A stretch of DNA of 62,914 nucleotides, the filler included, from Phoronis australis (taxonomy: Eukaryota; Animalia; Phoronida), in the NCBI GenBank assembly GCA_002633005.1. It is 3 parts of 3 records of this genome, joined end to end, with 100 filler letters (N's around TTAATTAATTAA, not from the genome) between each part and the next. Parts side by side here need not be neighbours in the genome. Positions count along the whole stretch, not along the records: positions 1 to 27,432 come from NMRA01001315.1; positions 27,533 to 53,704 come from NMRA01001335.1; 1 more part is not named here. One strand, written 5' to 3'. Both the position numbers and the translations under genes were made by a program. Under the pieces are notes generated by a model. It ran no database searches. It was not told the origin of the DNA and saw only the letters and a list, made by a program, of their open reading frames with translations. Positions 26,001-37,856 of the stretch are shown here, piece by piece. Numbering within the stretch: position 1 is the first letter of the stretch; every line of letters starts with the position of its first letter.

Positions 26001-26534
26001 ATCTCTAAATTTTGGAAAAAAGTTCAGTTGAACGCCAGCTTACTGGTATATGAATGACACAAATGTACCTCTGCTACAAAACAAAAGGATGTCTATAGGT
26101 TGAAATAACTGAAACTGAAATAGTAAAAATTTTAAAACAGTTTCCAAGGACTATCACTAGACTATAGTGCTGTGATCCCGAGATTGTGCCGAGACAAAGG
26201 CAGCCAGATGAGTGAAACTCCGGAGTCAAAATCAGATAAGCCTAAACTATAGCCACCAAACTTAACTAGTGTGTATCTTGGTACAAATATATTTGCACTT
26301 AACCTTCGAGTAATCAAGCAACATTGCCAAGTTCAGCTGCTCGTGTACGTGGCTGTTCGCACAGTTTGATACATAGTTTAAACCTTACGACATCACTTTT
26401 CGGCTTTGGAGATGCCCAAAAAATGACGGGATATTCTTTTCGAGCAGCATAATGGCTGTCAGAACCACACACGTCATATCAACACCGTATCACCATTCTT
26501 ATCACGCAATTTCTTGAGCTATAGACGAAAATAA

Positions 26535-27178
26535 GTTTTATATGACAACGCATTGTTTGTCAGGTAAAATGGCGGCTTGGAAAAGCAGACGAAGGTGTGT
26601 CAAGAATGCTGCATTCTGTTTGGTCAGTTAAGCCGTCAGTCGTAATCCTGGCGATAGGTCAATTAGTGCAAAGGTCATCTAACTTTCAAAAGGTTATTTC
26701 CCCTATATTTTTCAAGGAATTATCTTCAATTTCAGCCCACCAGTGTGAACCAATGTGTCAATCCTACTTTACTAAACAAAAAGGGCCATCCAATCAGAAA
26801 CATTAGATCAAAGGTCATTGAGTGCAAACTAAAATTTTGAACTAGACATTTCAAATTTAAATATTTGTTTTGTAAATGCGAATGAGTTGGAAATCTAAAG
26901 TTTCAGGTCATTTGGTGTATTTTTCTTCTGAAATTTTGATCAATTCATTCATCTTGTATAATTCTAAATATCTGTGATTCTTACCACTAACAACACTTTT
27001 CATCGAGTTTACATTTCTTTCCTCATCAGGGCTCATGATGCACCGGCAAGGGTCAATTAGTGTAAAGGTCATCAGATTATCAACTTGCAATTTCTGCAAC
27101 AGAATTCTTTTCATATTGGTAAACAGGTTGTTGTCAACAAGTCCTTGTTGTCACACTGTGACAATAATCTTTCTAGTT
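26535..27178 (+). mobile_element. Non-autonomous Helitron/Helentron-like element
   Basis: 5' T-run followed by tgacaac with small hairpin; internal degenerate repeats (ggtcaattagtg.aaaggtcatc); 3' gttgtca sub-terminal inverted copy, hairpin ttgtcaca-c-tgtgacaa (27148-27164) and CTAG (27173-27176). Confidence 0.55.
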
Positions 27179-27432
27179 AACATTGTAATTAACGAGGAAT
27201 TGGCGCCTGAGTTGCAGACGATATAATTTGTGTCATAATTAACAGTTTTGTACCAGCTGTTATGTTTGGGACCTGACTGCATGTTGAGTGTTATTTATAC
27301 TGCTGCAATTTTACTACTTTAAACTTGTTAAACTAGTTTGGGAAAGTTTGATGATCGAACCAGCTAACGATGTCAAGTCGACACTGGCCTAACTTTTGAA
27401 CTTTCATGTCAGAGGGCAACCAGTTAAAGTAG

Positions 27433-27532
27433 NNNNNNNNNNNNNNNNNNNNNNNNNNNNNNNNNNNNNNNNNNNNTTAATTAATTAANNNNNNNNNNNN
27501 NNNNNNNNNNNNNNNNNNNNNNNNNNNNNNNN
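27433..27532. other. Assembly gap with artificial six-frame-stop spacer
   Basis: N-run with central TTAATTAATTAA; identical construct at 53705-53804. Confidence 0.97.
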
Positions 27533-27990
27533 CTGCGTCCTTTTAGCTGGCCCGTCCACTCCCAACCCCACAAATTTTTGGCTGCAGAGCGGTAGTATTT
27601 GTCGCCGCGCTTAACAATAACACGAGACGCCATTGAAATTACCACCACGCTGTCCCAGGTGCCCCGGCAATGTTGACAATTTACGTTCCTCCGAAACATA
27701 AAGAGCAACTTCCGCTTATCGAGGTGAACGTCGTCTGCAACGCCGCGGTAAGAAAGGAATTTGCCGCGGAAATTTTATATCAAATCCGATATTTTTTACG
27801 CGGAAATATAATAAAATGCGCGGACAGAACATTTGAAAAAAGCGGAGATCCACGTTTCCGCGGGAAATTCCAAGCCCTCCGTTTGGCAAGGAATCTGGTC
27901 AATATATTATAAAAAATGTATTATAAAAAAAGCGGACAGCACATTTGAAAAAAGCGGAAATCGCGTTTCCGCAGAAAATTCCAAGCCCTG
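27533..27990 (+). mobile_element. Right part of hAT-like element (family of 59595-59891) with tandemly duplicated right end
   Basis: aagcgga...ttccgcgg.aaattccaagccct(g) occurs twice (ending ~27878 and 27990); left end lost in the gap. Confidence 0.75.
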
Positions 27991-30889
27991 TTTAATAAGT
28001 GTTTGAAACTGTGGAGAAAATGTGAAGTTAAAAGTACGGTATGTTTCTAAAAACAATGATGTACTGGCAAGTGTCATTCACTGAAGTCTGTTAATGATTT
28101 ATGTTATCATGCCACTTGGGAGACTTCTATTTTGGCAGTTTGATGACAGAGTATAGAGTTGTATTTTGCCCTAGTTAGTTGGTTAATGATCAAAANACTG
28201 GACTCTTATTTACCTGATATCATTTCAGCACACCACTCTGTTCCAATGCAGGTCATCAGGAGAGTATTACTCTTGATACTTAGTGTATTACAATATCGTT
28301 CAATCTATGCATTTCCCTCCTTGATGTTATCACGCCATCTATTGTTCAGTCGTGTGCATTCCCATCTTGGTACAACTGAGGCAGACTTGAGGATTACAAC
28401 AACTTAGTAGCACTTCATTAAGAAATGCCATTTTTAATTTGCACTCTTAAGACATTATTGATAATTACGTTAGGCCAAAAAAGCATAGCTGGTTCTGGAC
28501 TGTTTTTTTTTTTTGGAAAATCTAGTCATGGTGCAGTATTTTTTGGTTGCTCACTTTTTCAAGGAAGAAAATTCCCTTGCGAAGAGCAAAAATGATGCAG
28601 GATATTTGTTACACTCTGCTGGGCAAATCATGGCATTTCAAACCATGTTTACATTTTTACCTTTCTGCAATTTTTCAATAATAAAAATGGATCTTGGCTG
28701 AAATAAATACTGGCGTTTTTTTTTTTAGTTGATCAGCGCAGATCTCAATGAGTTGGGTTACATACCAGAACCATGTTTTCCCCTAGTTAGATGTGTGCAG
28801 GTAAACATCTTATTGAAGTTGTTTGAAATCAATGGTCAATTGACTTACATGTGCTATAAATTGTGGGAAGTGTCAAATGCCTAACAATGGATGGTTACTG
28901 GTGACAGGTTGATTAAAATATTTAATTTTTCACATTCAGTGTAACTGCCAGAAGTTATTTCATGAAAGTTGACTAAAAATTGTGTATGACCTTATCGACA
29001 AGTCTTTGTATTTGGCCAAATATCTATGAATTAGATTTTTATCATTTTGTTAGCCCCTCTTACAAAAGTGGACTATTTTAATAAACAATTCCTAATAGCC
29101 TTTTGGAGAATAGTGCATAGTACTGAATCCCATCAGCCATTTTTGAAACATATTGTTCTGAACTTAGCCCAAATGTGGACATTTTCCATGCCTCTACATA
29201 ATGTTAAGGCTAGAGTTTTGTTGTTATCACATCATGGTGTAACAATAATATAATTATGCAAATTAATTAACCTATACCTATGATTACATGCGACTCTGCA
29301 CTTTGCAAAAATGGGTGCGTGGTGTGATGGTCAGTATTCGTCAAACTGAAGATAACCAAAAGCTGGAACGTTTTGTTCGTGTGAGCACAATGAAATATTA
29401 AATCAATTCAGATGATTACCCAACTGAACTAGCTAACACAAGGAGTGTTCACTCAAGTATGCGCAGTCCAAATTTTCGTCTTTTCCATGAACGGTCAATT
29501 GTCACATTTTGTTCCTTATGTTGATGGCATGATGTATACTGAGCAACCAAATAATCATGGAAACTAAATATTATTAGAACTCTGTCTCGTCGTGATTACG
29601 GCCGCAACGGTGAAATGTGTGACTTAATAAACAACTCCTTATTTTTAATACTTTATTGCATTTGTACAAATACATAAAATTCATCTCCACATTACCAAGT
29701 GCATTGATTATCACAAATTTGCTGTGCGTTGGCTAGCCGACTACTTTTAAAGAGACTATAAACCCATCTTCCTAATATATGAATTGATGTACACCACTCG
29801 CAGTTTGTAATTAGTCTTAACCTGTCCCTTACTCAAGTTATAAGTGACTTCTGGGCATTGCAATGAAATGGCAATTTATCATTGCTTCAGACCTGACTCA
29901 TTAAAGTGGTCTTAACCAATAACTGTCAGCTTCATTCCAAGCCATGAACCCACTATTTATCTTAGTAAGGAGAAAGTACAGACCAGTTTCATGGCGCTGG
30001 AATGGTTTGTTTTGATGGCAGAACATGGGTTTATAGACACTTTACCTTCACAACACTCGAGCATTAAATAATTATAAGGCACATGGTGTACATCATACTG
30101 GACCTGGTGTATCCTCATATTTGGCATGCTGCCCACCCCTGAAACTTTCAAATTTTTACATGTAACCCTTGTCTGGCTTGCCACCCACCCCAATTTATAC
30201 AAATAAGTCTTCCTTGAAAGTGCCCATCTTTGTGCACACTTGTCTTGTACATGTGAATCCAACATCAATGTAGCTCCTTGGGCTGTGACTCTGTCAACTA
30301 TTTCAGTACAGCCCTAAACCAAACATTAATTTTAAGCACACACTTGGCATCCACAATTTTTAATTTCCCCAATTAATGCACCTTAGGCGGTCACCCTGAC
30401 AGGTACAGTATTTTTACATGAGCTGAGCTACATTCATTTTGCCAATCTTATATCACAGACAATTGTGTGAATATGCAAACTACTTCAGTTCTATTAAATT
30501 CTAAGACACTTATTCCACTTCCTTAACTCACACTTGGTATTTCATGAGATGACACCACCACACCCTGTCAGTCAGTACTTCACATACATCCCGATCAGAC
30601 CACAATGTTTATCAAACATGAAACAGACTGGCATGCTTTACCTAAGCAGCAAGTTGCACGTCTGCTCAGCAAAAGCCACAGACAATTCATAAGTGTCAAG
30701 AGTCTGATACGTTGACCTCAGTTGCCATCAAGCTCCAGAATGAGTGCTGTGTAATCAACTACTTCAAAACGGGTAGGCACTGTGGAGGAAGAAATTCCAG
30801 CATCACCCAGGATCAAGCCAAGCAATTCTAAAGCGCGTAAACAAAAACTCCTTATAGGAAGCCTGAAGAAAACTGCCCCGTGCAGTTGT

Positions 30890-31200
30890 TGAAGGAGGAG
30901 ATTTCAAGTCCTGAAGTTAGGATGACCAAAGTTGATCTACTGGAGACCAAATGAGGGAAGTATCAGAAGTTTGCTGAGGAACAGAAAAAGGCAACTTTGG
31001 AGGATGCAGAGAAATGTGGTACCTGGGCCGCGACTTCTACTTTACAAATTGCCCCAAAAAACAATTGCAACATTTAAAGTATCCACTGGAAAAAAACAGC
31101 ACAAAACGAATTTGCCAAGATCTACAAACATTTACCATTTATCAGCTTATTTACCGAGGAAATCGCATGAGGAACTTTGGAAGAAATTAATACCATGGCC
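30890..31200 (+). pseudogene. Decayed pogo-like transposase N-terminal HTH fragment
   Basis: (R>*)GKYQKFAEEQKKATLEDAEKCGTWAA followed in another frame by LPRKSHEELW resembles the RGxYxxFxxEQK...AExxGxxAA..LPxKxRG pattern of pogo/DDE_1 transposases; stops and frameshifts. Confidence 0.35.
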
Positions 31201-31565
31201 AATCCAGGCCTTTTGAAAACTGCATGGGCTGACAGCAGCTTTAAAACAAAAACTGCCAGCTTGTTGAAAAACTCAGATATACTTTTGGCGTCGACTGGAG
31301 GGATACCGTTACACTAACACACAAACTTAGTGTCGACATTGAGCTCCACGCTAGAAAAGTATCGAAGTTCAGACCGATATCATCATTGAATTACAACTAG
31401 AACACAAATTGAAAGCTCAAAATTTGGATGGTGATGTCAGTGTCAATGAGTTGGGCAGTGAACTGTTAGCGAGTGAAGGTGAACTAGAAGATAAGGAAGA
31501 AATCTATCTCCACGATATATCTGAGTACACGCTTTGCATTCTCTACAAGCTTACGTCTCGTACTA

Positions 31566-31795
31566 CAGTGAGTGATCCAATGCCTACCCAGGCCACCATG
31601 AGTGCTCCAGCCCGTCACAATAAGTAACCCGACGGTTACCTATTCTATCATGATTGACTTTGACCCGATGCTCACCTGTGACCCAATACTTGCCCACTCT
31701 ATCATAAGTCACCCAAAGCTCACCCATGCAACCGTAAGCAACCTGATTCTTGCCCATTCTATCAAATTACCCGATGCTCGCCCATTCTACCACAG
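31566..31795 (+). repeat. Degenerate ~30-bp tandem repeat (consensus agtgacccaatgctcacccattctaccata), resumes at 32604-32690
   Basis: Recurring gaccc.atgctc.ccca.tcta.ca units; translates as SxPxLxHxTx decamers. Confidence 0.65.
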
Positions 31796-32189
31796 CTGTG
31801 GTTTTCTCTACTGGCATTTGACATATTTTGTGCCATTTTCAATGCTAATAAATATCCCATTGGCGGCACAGCAGTGGGCGCATTTCAATGCTGTGTTGCT
31901 GTTGTTAGTTTAGTCATGTAAATAATATTACTGTTACAATTACCATAGATTTTGTCATGAGTTAAGAATAAAACATCTTGTTATATTGTATACATTCAAG
32001 TTGTTCTCTTTAGACACAATTTTGATTATAATACAAGTATTATTACTAATTGCCATTGTAGACACTTTTGTAGTTTCTGTTATTCATTGTCATGTGATGA
32101 TGGTTTCATTTCTAGTCATTATGATACATTATGAGATTGAAAACTATCATGTTAAATCCAGTATGCAGCTGATTCTGTATTTTCTTGTT

Positions 32190-32603
32190 TTAACAAGCTG
32201 GCAAGCAATAAAAATTATGTATTTGCCAAGGATATTTCTGCATTCATACCACAATTCAAGTATTTTGTAGTCTTGCAGCAACATTTTTTCAGGTGGTTCG
32301 CAGAAACTTCTATACATGAAGATGTTTGCGGCAAGCTTGTAGCAATGTGTGCAGCTGGCTTGCAGGAACTGTTCCATACAAGGACATGAAGATGTTTGCA
32401 GCAAGGTTGCGACAAACTTCATTTGCATGGTAAAACTTTGCTGCATGTTTGCGGCAAAAATGCAGCAAGCTTGCAGCTGGGTTGCAGGAAACTTGCAACC
32501 ACTCTTTGGCCAGAGATGATTTCATGCGTTTGCGGCTGGTTTGCAAAAACTTTTGCAGCAAGCTTGCCGCAAGTGTTTGCAGGAAGGTCTTTTTTGGTAT
32601 GGG
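32190..32603. mobile_element. Solo right end of the EnSpm/CACTA family at 46563-52858
   Basis: Ends ...gtttgcaggaaggtctttttttggtatggg, nearly identical to 52713-52858; dense ttgc(a/g)gcaag subterminal repeats. Confidence 0.8.
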
Positions 32604-33389
32604 ACTGGTCTCACAAACCTCACCCATACTACCGTAAGTAGCTCCATGTTCGCTCACCCTACAGTTGGTTACGCAGTGCTCACGCATTCTTGGACAGCCC
32701 GATGCAGATGGTGTCTTGAATGTTTCACTCAAAAACTTGGACAAACATCCCACAACTGCATAGTGGTAATTACTGAGTTATATATACTGGCCTTATAACA
32801 GATTATACGACTCTAACCAATTTGTTAAGGATGCCAGATAGGTCCTGCACAAGACAGCCCAAATTATGACAACTGGTGGGCTGAACACGAGGAGACGTGT
32901 TAGAAGGATGTCGACTGCAGTGCAGCTACTATGGAACCTCAAGTGGGGTTCAAGACATTTCGACACTCTGTTCACTTCGGCCATCTTGCCGCTTCCATTT
33001 TTATTACATAATGTATGCAAGTCTAACCTGGTTGGTCATAAAGAACTATCATTATAACAAACAAACTTCGGTGTTATCATGTCCAACTGTACAACGAAAT
33101 AGGGATTGAAGTGTTGACACGTTCTCAGATTTGCTTCCAAAGTTGTCATGTACAACGCCCACTATTTGAGACACTTGGTAGACAAGATGGAAATACACTT
33201 TGTGTCTTACGACAGGCTTTTCCCTCCACACAAGATAAAAAGACTTCTTGCAAAGTAAGCCATTATATGTTATTCAGTAAAACCTGTGATTTTATGTGCC
33301 AATAAACATTTTATTGTCCAACATGATTTATATTGTTATTTTTGTATCTTAAAAATATCTCTTCCTCAAGATAGAGTAAAGCATAGTTT

Positions 33390-34270
33390 GTATACATATA
33401 GATTATTACATGGCGAAGTCGTTATCCCCCGTTATCTAGAGCCCGAGTGGATTTTGGAGAATTATCGCCCGAGGGGCGTTAGCCCCGAGGGTGATAATTC
33501 TCCAAAATCCACGAGGGCTCTAGATAAGGGGGATAACGGCTGAGAACATGTAATAATCTATTTATACCACATACTAAACGAGAAACATTGCAATGAATCG
33601 ATTTACCTTTTCTGACTCTCCACGGCTTTGTAACTACTTTCTATGTCAGAGGCCCGGGGTCGGAGGTCGTGACCTTTTAAGAAAAGCCCGGCTATTTTTG
33701 TCAAATAATGCTTTTACTCAAAACCAATTGAAAACTTAAATATAATAGAAATAAACTGAATTTATAAATTAAGGTTTACCAACTATTATAGCTTAAAACA
33801 CGTTTTTTTCACGCTAAGCTTCGACCGGGAAATTATCGTCTGCTAAAGTAGGTTACCACTGGTAACTGAATATAATTCTCAAGTCAAAGATCCTGACGAC
33901 ACGATACCCGCATTCAAACTGGAGATCGGTGATTTACAAGTAAGAGGACATGAGAGAAAAATTTCACTGAATTAAGATATCGTTTTTATGGAAATTATGT
34001 GTCTTATTTTTCGTAGCGTGTAAGTACAGTACAATGCGGTTTGTTGAACGTGCGATTATTGCGCGTGCTCATTTAAGTATTCTATTTTCACTCTTGATGA
34101 CGTCAGCCGCTGCGTGGTGTAGTGGTTAAGGTCGGCGACCATCAAACTCAAGGTCCCGGGTTCGACTCCGTCCTCGGTTTCCCGCCAAATCGTTATCTCA
34201 CTAGTGAGATAACTTTATGGGTTATTACACGGTTGTATCTGCCATTTGACGCTAATATTGTGGTATAAAT
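33390..34270 (+). mobile_element. Non-autonomous element with long terminal hairpin (Crypton-like architecture)
   Basis: 164-bp imperfect palindrome 33398-33561 (atagattattacatg...catgtaataatctat); atttataccaca at ~33560 is inverted at the far end (tgtggtataaat, 34259-34270). Confidence 0.55.
34106..34178 (+). pseudogene. tRNA-derived sequence (SINE-head-like) with Pol III A and B boxes
   Basis: A box tggtgtagtgg, B box ggttcgactcc at tRNA spacing; acceptor and anticodon stems do not pair properly, so not a functional tRNA. Confidence 0.7.
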
Positions 34271-34580
34271 ATTTTTATGTGTGACTGAAATATCAACTTC
34301 TGGTTAAAGATTTGAACTTGTTTCTACTTTAAACTTGTCATTATTAACTTCGCAGGAAGACCACAAGTGATGCCTCATAAGCAAGGGTACCTAAGAAACA
34401 TAAGAATGCTGGATGAGATGAAACCTTTAACTGAAATTCAGGAACATGGCTATGACCCTTATAGGCCATTATTACCAAGATCTGACAAGTGAAAAGAATT
34501 TTTTTGTGGGAGGAAAACAAAAAGCTACAAGAAAAAAATAATCTTGAAGTTGTACAATCTGGGATGAAAGCACTGGGGAA

Positions 34581-36417
34581 GGATGAGGACCTCGGCCGAG
34601 GTTGTTGACCTCATTTTTGATGAGGAAGAAGAGGATTCAGAAAACGGATTTCGAGGGTTTCCCTGGCCAGGAATCAGACATTGAGATTATCGAACTTGAC
34701 TAAATCTCAATCGTCGTTTAGTGCTCTGAGATTGAACTGAAAGTATTTGCTGAAGACACATTAGTGTAAATAATAACGCAACAACAAATTGACCGACGCC
34801 GTCAACGCAGCGGAACGCGAGGATGAGGACCTCGGCCGAGAGATTGTTGACCTCATTTTTGATAAGGAGGAAGAGGATTCAGAAAACGATTTCGAGGGTT
34901 TCCCCGACCAGGACACAGAGATTATCGAAGTTGACTAAACCTCAATCGTCGTTTAGTATTTGCTGAGACACATTAGTGTAAATAATAACTATATCATTTA
35001 CATTGAAGGTTTCTTATTTTATGTATATGGTTATGTTCCTGGCAATCGTAATTTTTCTAGTCAGTGTATTATCTTTTGTTGATACTTTATGTACAAAATT
35101 ATGTTCTCGTCTTGTCTTTTATCTTTAGTTGACATTCGTTGTTTATTTATTGTTGGGCCCAGTCTGAGTAATCGCATTAGAACTACTGCTTTAGTTGATT
35201 GAAATAGAACATCTTGAATTACATACTTCATTCTTCTTCTGATGGTCGGGAAATAACGACGTCTTATCACGGAGGGTTCGCCCTACACCTTCACTCCTCA
35301 GTCGGTAGAATACGATACAATTTATCTACGGTACTTGTCACATTGTTTCAGTACAACTATTCTCATGTGGTTACAATGCAGAAGTGCAAGCCTTGCAAGC
35401 TTCACATTTTATAGAAGTTACAGCATACATTAAATTTAGGCCTATGGTTACAGTCCCGTGCCAGCTGTCAAGTTCTGAGCCAGAGAGCAAATTTTAACAG
35501 TAGTTGTAATATAAGTTTGAAAATCTTAATGCAGATGTATTTTTTGGGTTTTGTGATTATCACGTTTTTGAGACTCTCGGGATATCGGAGGTAAGCGGAC
35601 ATAAGCCAGTTTTCAATCAAAAGTTAAAGTAAAGGCATTACTCAAAAAGATATTTAAAAGATATTTAAAAATACCAATGACTGGGTCGGTAAAAATAATT
35701 CTTAGACGAAGCCTTAATTGTTCGGGTAAGTAGTAGGCCTAACCCCGGCCGGTTTACTATATGCGACGACATTAGTGACGAGAATACTCGAAAGACGGGG
35801 ATCTCTATAACCTTGCAATTACACTCACCAAAATATGAAGAATTTAACAACTTTTCGCGAGTTATGGGAATTCTTCAAAATCCCGAGAGCTTACAACCTA
35901 AAGCGCATTGAGAGGGTTGGCAAAACCCCTGTCACATTTCTCTGACCTGGTTATTTCAAATATGCACTGTAGTCGAAAACTCAGTGCGGCAGAGAGTGTG
36001 GCCGAAAGTGGAGGTGTAGACACCGGCGCGGTTCTTAAAGTTTGTGAACATGAGAAGTGACAGAGTGTTCAAGTATTACATTTTGAAGTTAATCGATGAC
36101 CAGTCACAATAATTTGTTACTTCTATCATAATTCACATTGCCAAACCGCGGTCTCCGAGGTCGTCGTTGCACTCAATGTTATCACTGATCTTTATCTAAA
36201 AGTTCGGGGATTCGCGTTTCCTTATTAGCACTGAGCGGTAATCACCAATCGCCAAAAGTAGGGGAAGGGCGCTTAACCGAGAGGTGTGCGCTTAATTGGA
36301 AATCTTCAAAAATAGCAGGGGGCCGTTAACCGAGCAGTGGGCGATTGAATCAAAAATCCACCTAAAGTAGGGGATGGGCGGTTAACTGAGCATGGGCGTT
36401 AACCCGAACGTTTACTG
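34581..36417 (+). mobile_element. 3' part of a pogo/Tc2-like element with duplicated transposase C-terminus
   Basis: Two tandem copies (34581, 34821) of DEDLGREIVDLIFDKEEEDSENDFEGF-like acidic ...FxGF ending; three subterminal aaagtagggg...ttaaccgag repeats; terminus ...cgtttactg|TA at 36417. Left end not found. Confidence 0.55.
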
Positions 36418-36737
36418 TAGATTGAAGAAAATCCACCACCTCCTGAGGTAAACTGGTTTTGTTTAACATGCGACATTGAAATACACGTGTAAACGGACCA
36501 TAAGTCTCTGTGTGGGTATGACGATATATTTTGCTATTATTTATTTGTTTACTTACATTTGTTTATTTATGTTTAAATCACTTATATAAACATGTAATTT
36601 ATCAATATTTATTGGCTATGAAATCTTCTGATGCCTTGGTGATGATACTGATTACACCATGACTTAGTTATGCTTACTTAATTATAGAGAGAGGACGTGA
36701 TGGTGAGTATGAAGGAGGGGGTATTCTCTAGTTTCAC

Positions 36738-37250
36738 ATGGTGGTGGTGATGGTATAGAAGTCATTGTTCTTAAAGACGTTTATCAGGCCAACCAAGGTG
36801 AGTATGGTATGTTTCACTTGCTCATGTCTTCATCAGAGGGAGTTGAACATTCAATTTCCAAGAGTGTTGCATATAACATAGGTTTCTGCCTCTTACGATC
36901 AAATTTCTGATCCAACACCTCTTCAAACCTATGGGTCAGATTGAAGAAGGCTTGAAAATATACAAAGAATTCCAAGTGCAATATCAGTGCAGTATGACAT
37001 GGGAAGTTTTAGTAACAATGAAAGTGTTCTGTGGGTGGAGAACCAAGAGGCCATGTAAAAGGACAAATGTTAACCAATTTGTTCTGTCTTAATTGAAAGC
37101 TTTACTTTAAATTTCCAATCTTATCAAGGACAATCTACCTCCCCCTGCGGTGGAATGGTTTTGTCTAGCATGTGAATCCAGCATAAAATCAAATGAATGA
37201 CTTATTTACTTCCTTAAGTATTAATTACCTCTTTAAAGACAAGACACTTA
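36738..37250 (+). repeat. Repeat copy A (copy B split into 42457-42820 and 46307-46447), ends in a PHD-finger tail
   Basis: Colinear high similarity with both parts of copy B; 37116-37180 reads NLIKDNLPPPAVEWFCLACES. Confidence 0.8.
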
Positions 37251-37856
37251 TTAATCCTCACTGAGTAAAATTAATTGTTGCTCAACTTTTAATGATTCTC
37301 AGTGTCTAATTCAGTATTAATGCTTTATGAAAATATGACTCATCCAGTAATATGTGGCTCACAAAGCACGGAAGATTTGAAGCAGACGCTTGAGAGATAT
37401 CAATGTACAATTAATCACGGGTGAGAAACAACATGACCGCCGGTCCTGTTAAATCGGACTGACTCACCCAAAACAGGACCGCCGGGGATCAAATAGGACC
37501 ACCGCACCAGAAAATGGGACTGACGTATCTAAAAACATGACTGCCCCACCACAAAACAGGACCGCCCGGGAGTGAACATGACCGCCGGGCATTAAAGCAT
37601 AACTCCCGCCACTCCACTATAAACAACTGAAAGAAGGTCCAAACAAGCACTATCATTCCGCACCTTGCATTAGACTTTCATAGCTGTTCGAGTCGAACCT
37701 GAACATTTTACGATCAGAAGGTAGCTAAAAACTATATATACAATTAAAATTCATCTCTTTTGAGGGCTATTTTTGATTTTTGATAATAGAAGAAGTGTCC
37801 TATTTTTGCGCGTACACACTCTGGTAGACATACGTGCAAAGTCACCAACAACGACA

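Noticed and set aside
27477-27488. TTAATTAATTAA palindrome embedded in N runs (also 53749-53760)
   Set aside because: Artificial scaffolding spacer giving stops in all six frames; not biological.
29957-30320. Coding-like decayed segment on the - strand
   Set aside because: Multiple stops in every frame and no family I can name.
32147-32798. Cluster of Cys/Gln/Lys-rich ORFs on both strands (also 46448-46879, 52622-52975)
   Set aside because: Translation by-products of the EnSpm subterminal ttgcagcaag repeats.
34106-34178. Functional tRNA gene
   Set aside because: A and B boxes are present but acceptor and anticodon stems do not form.
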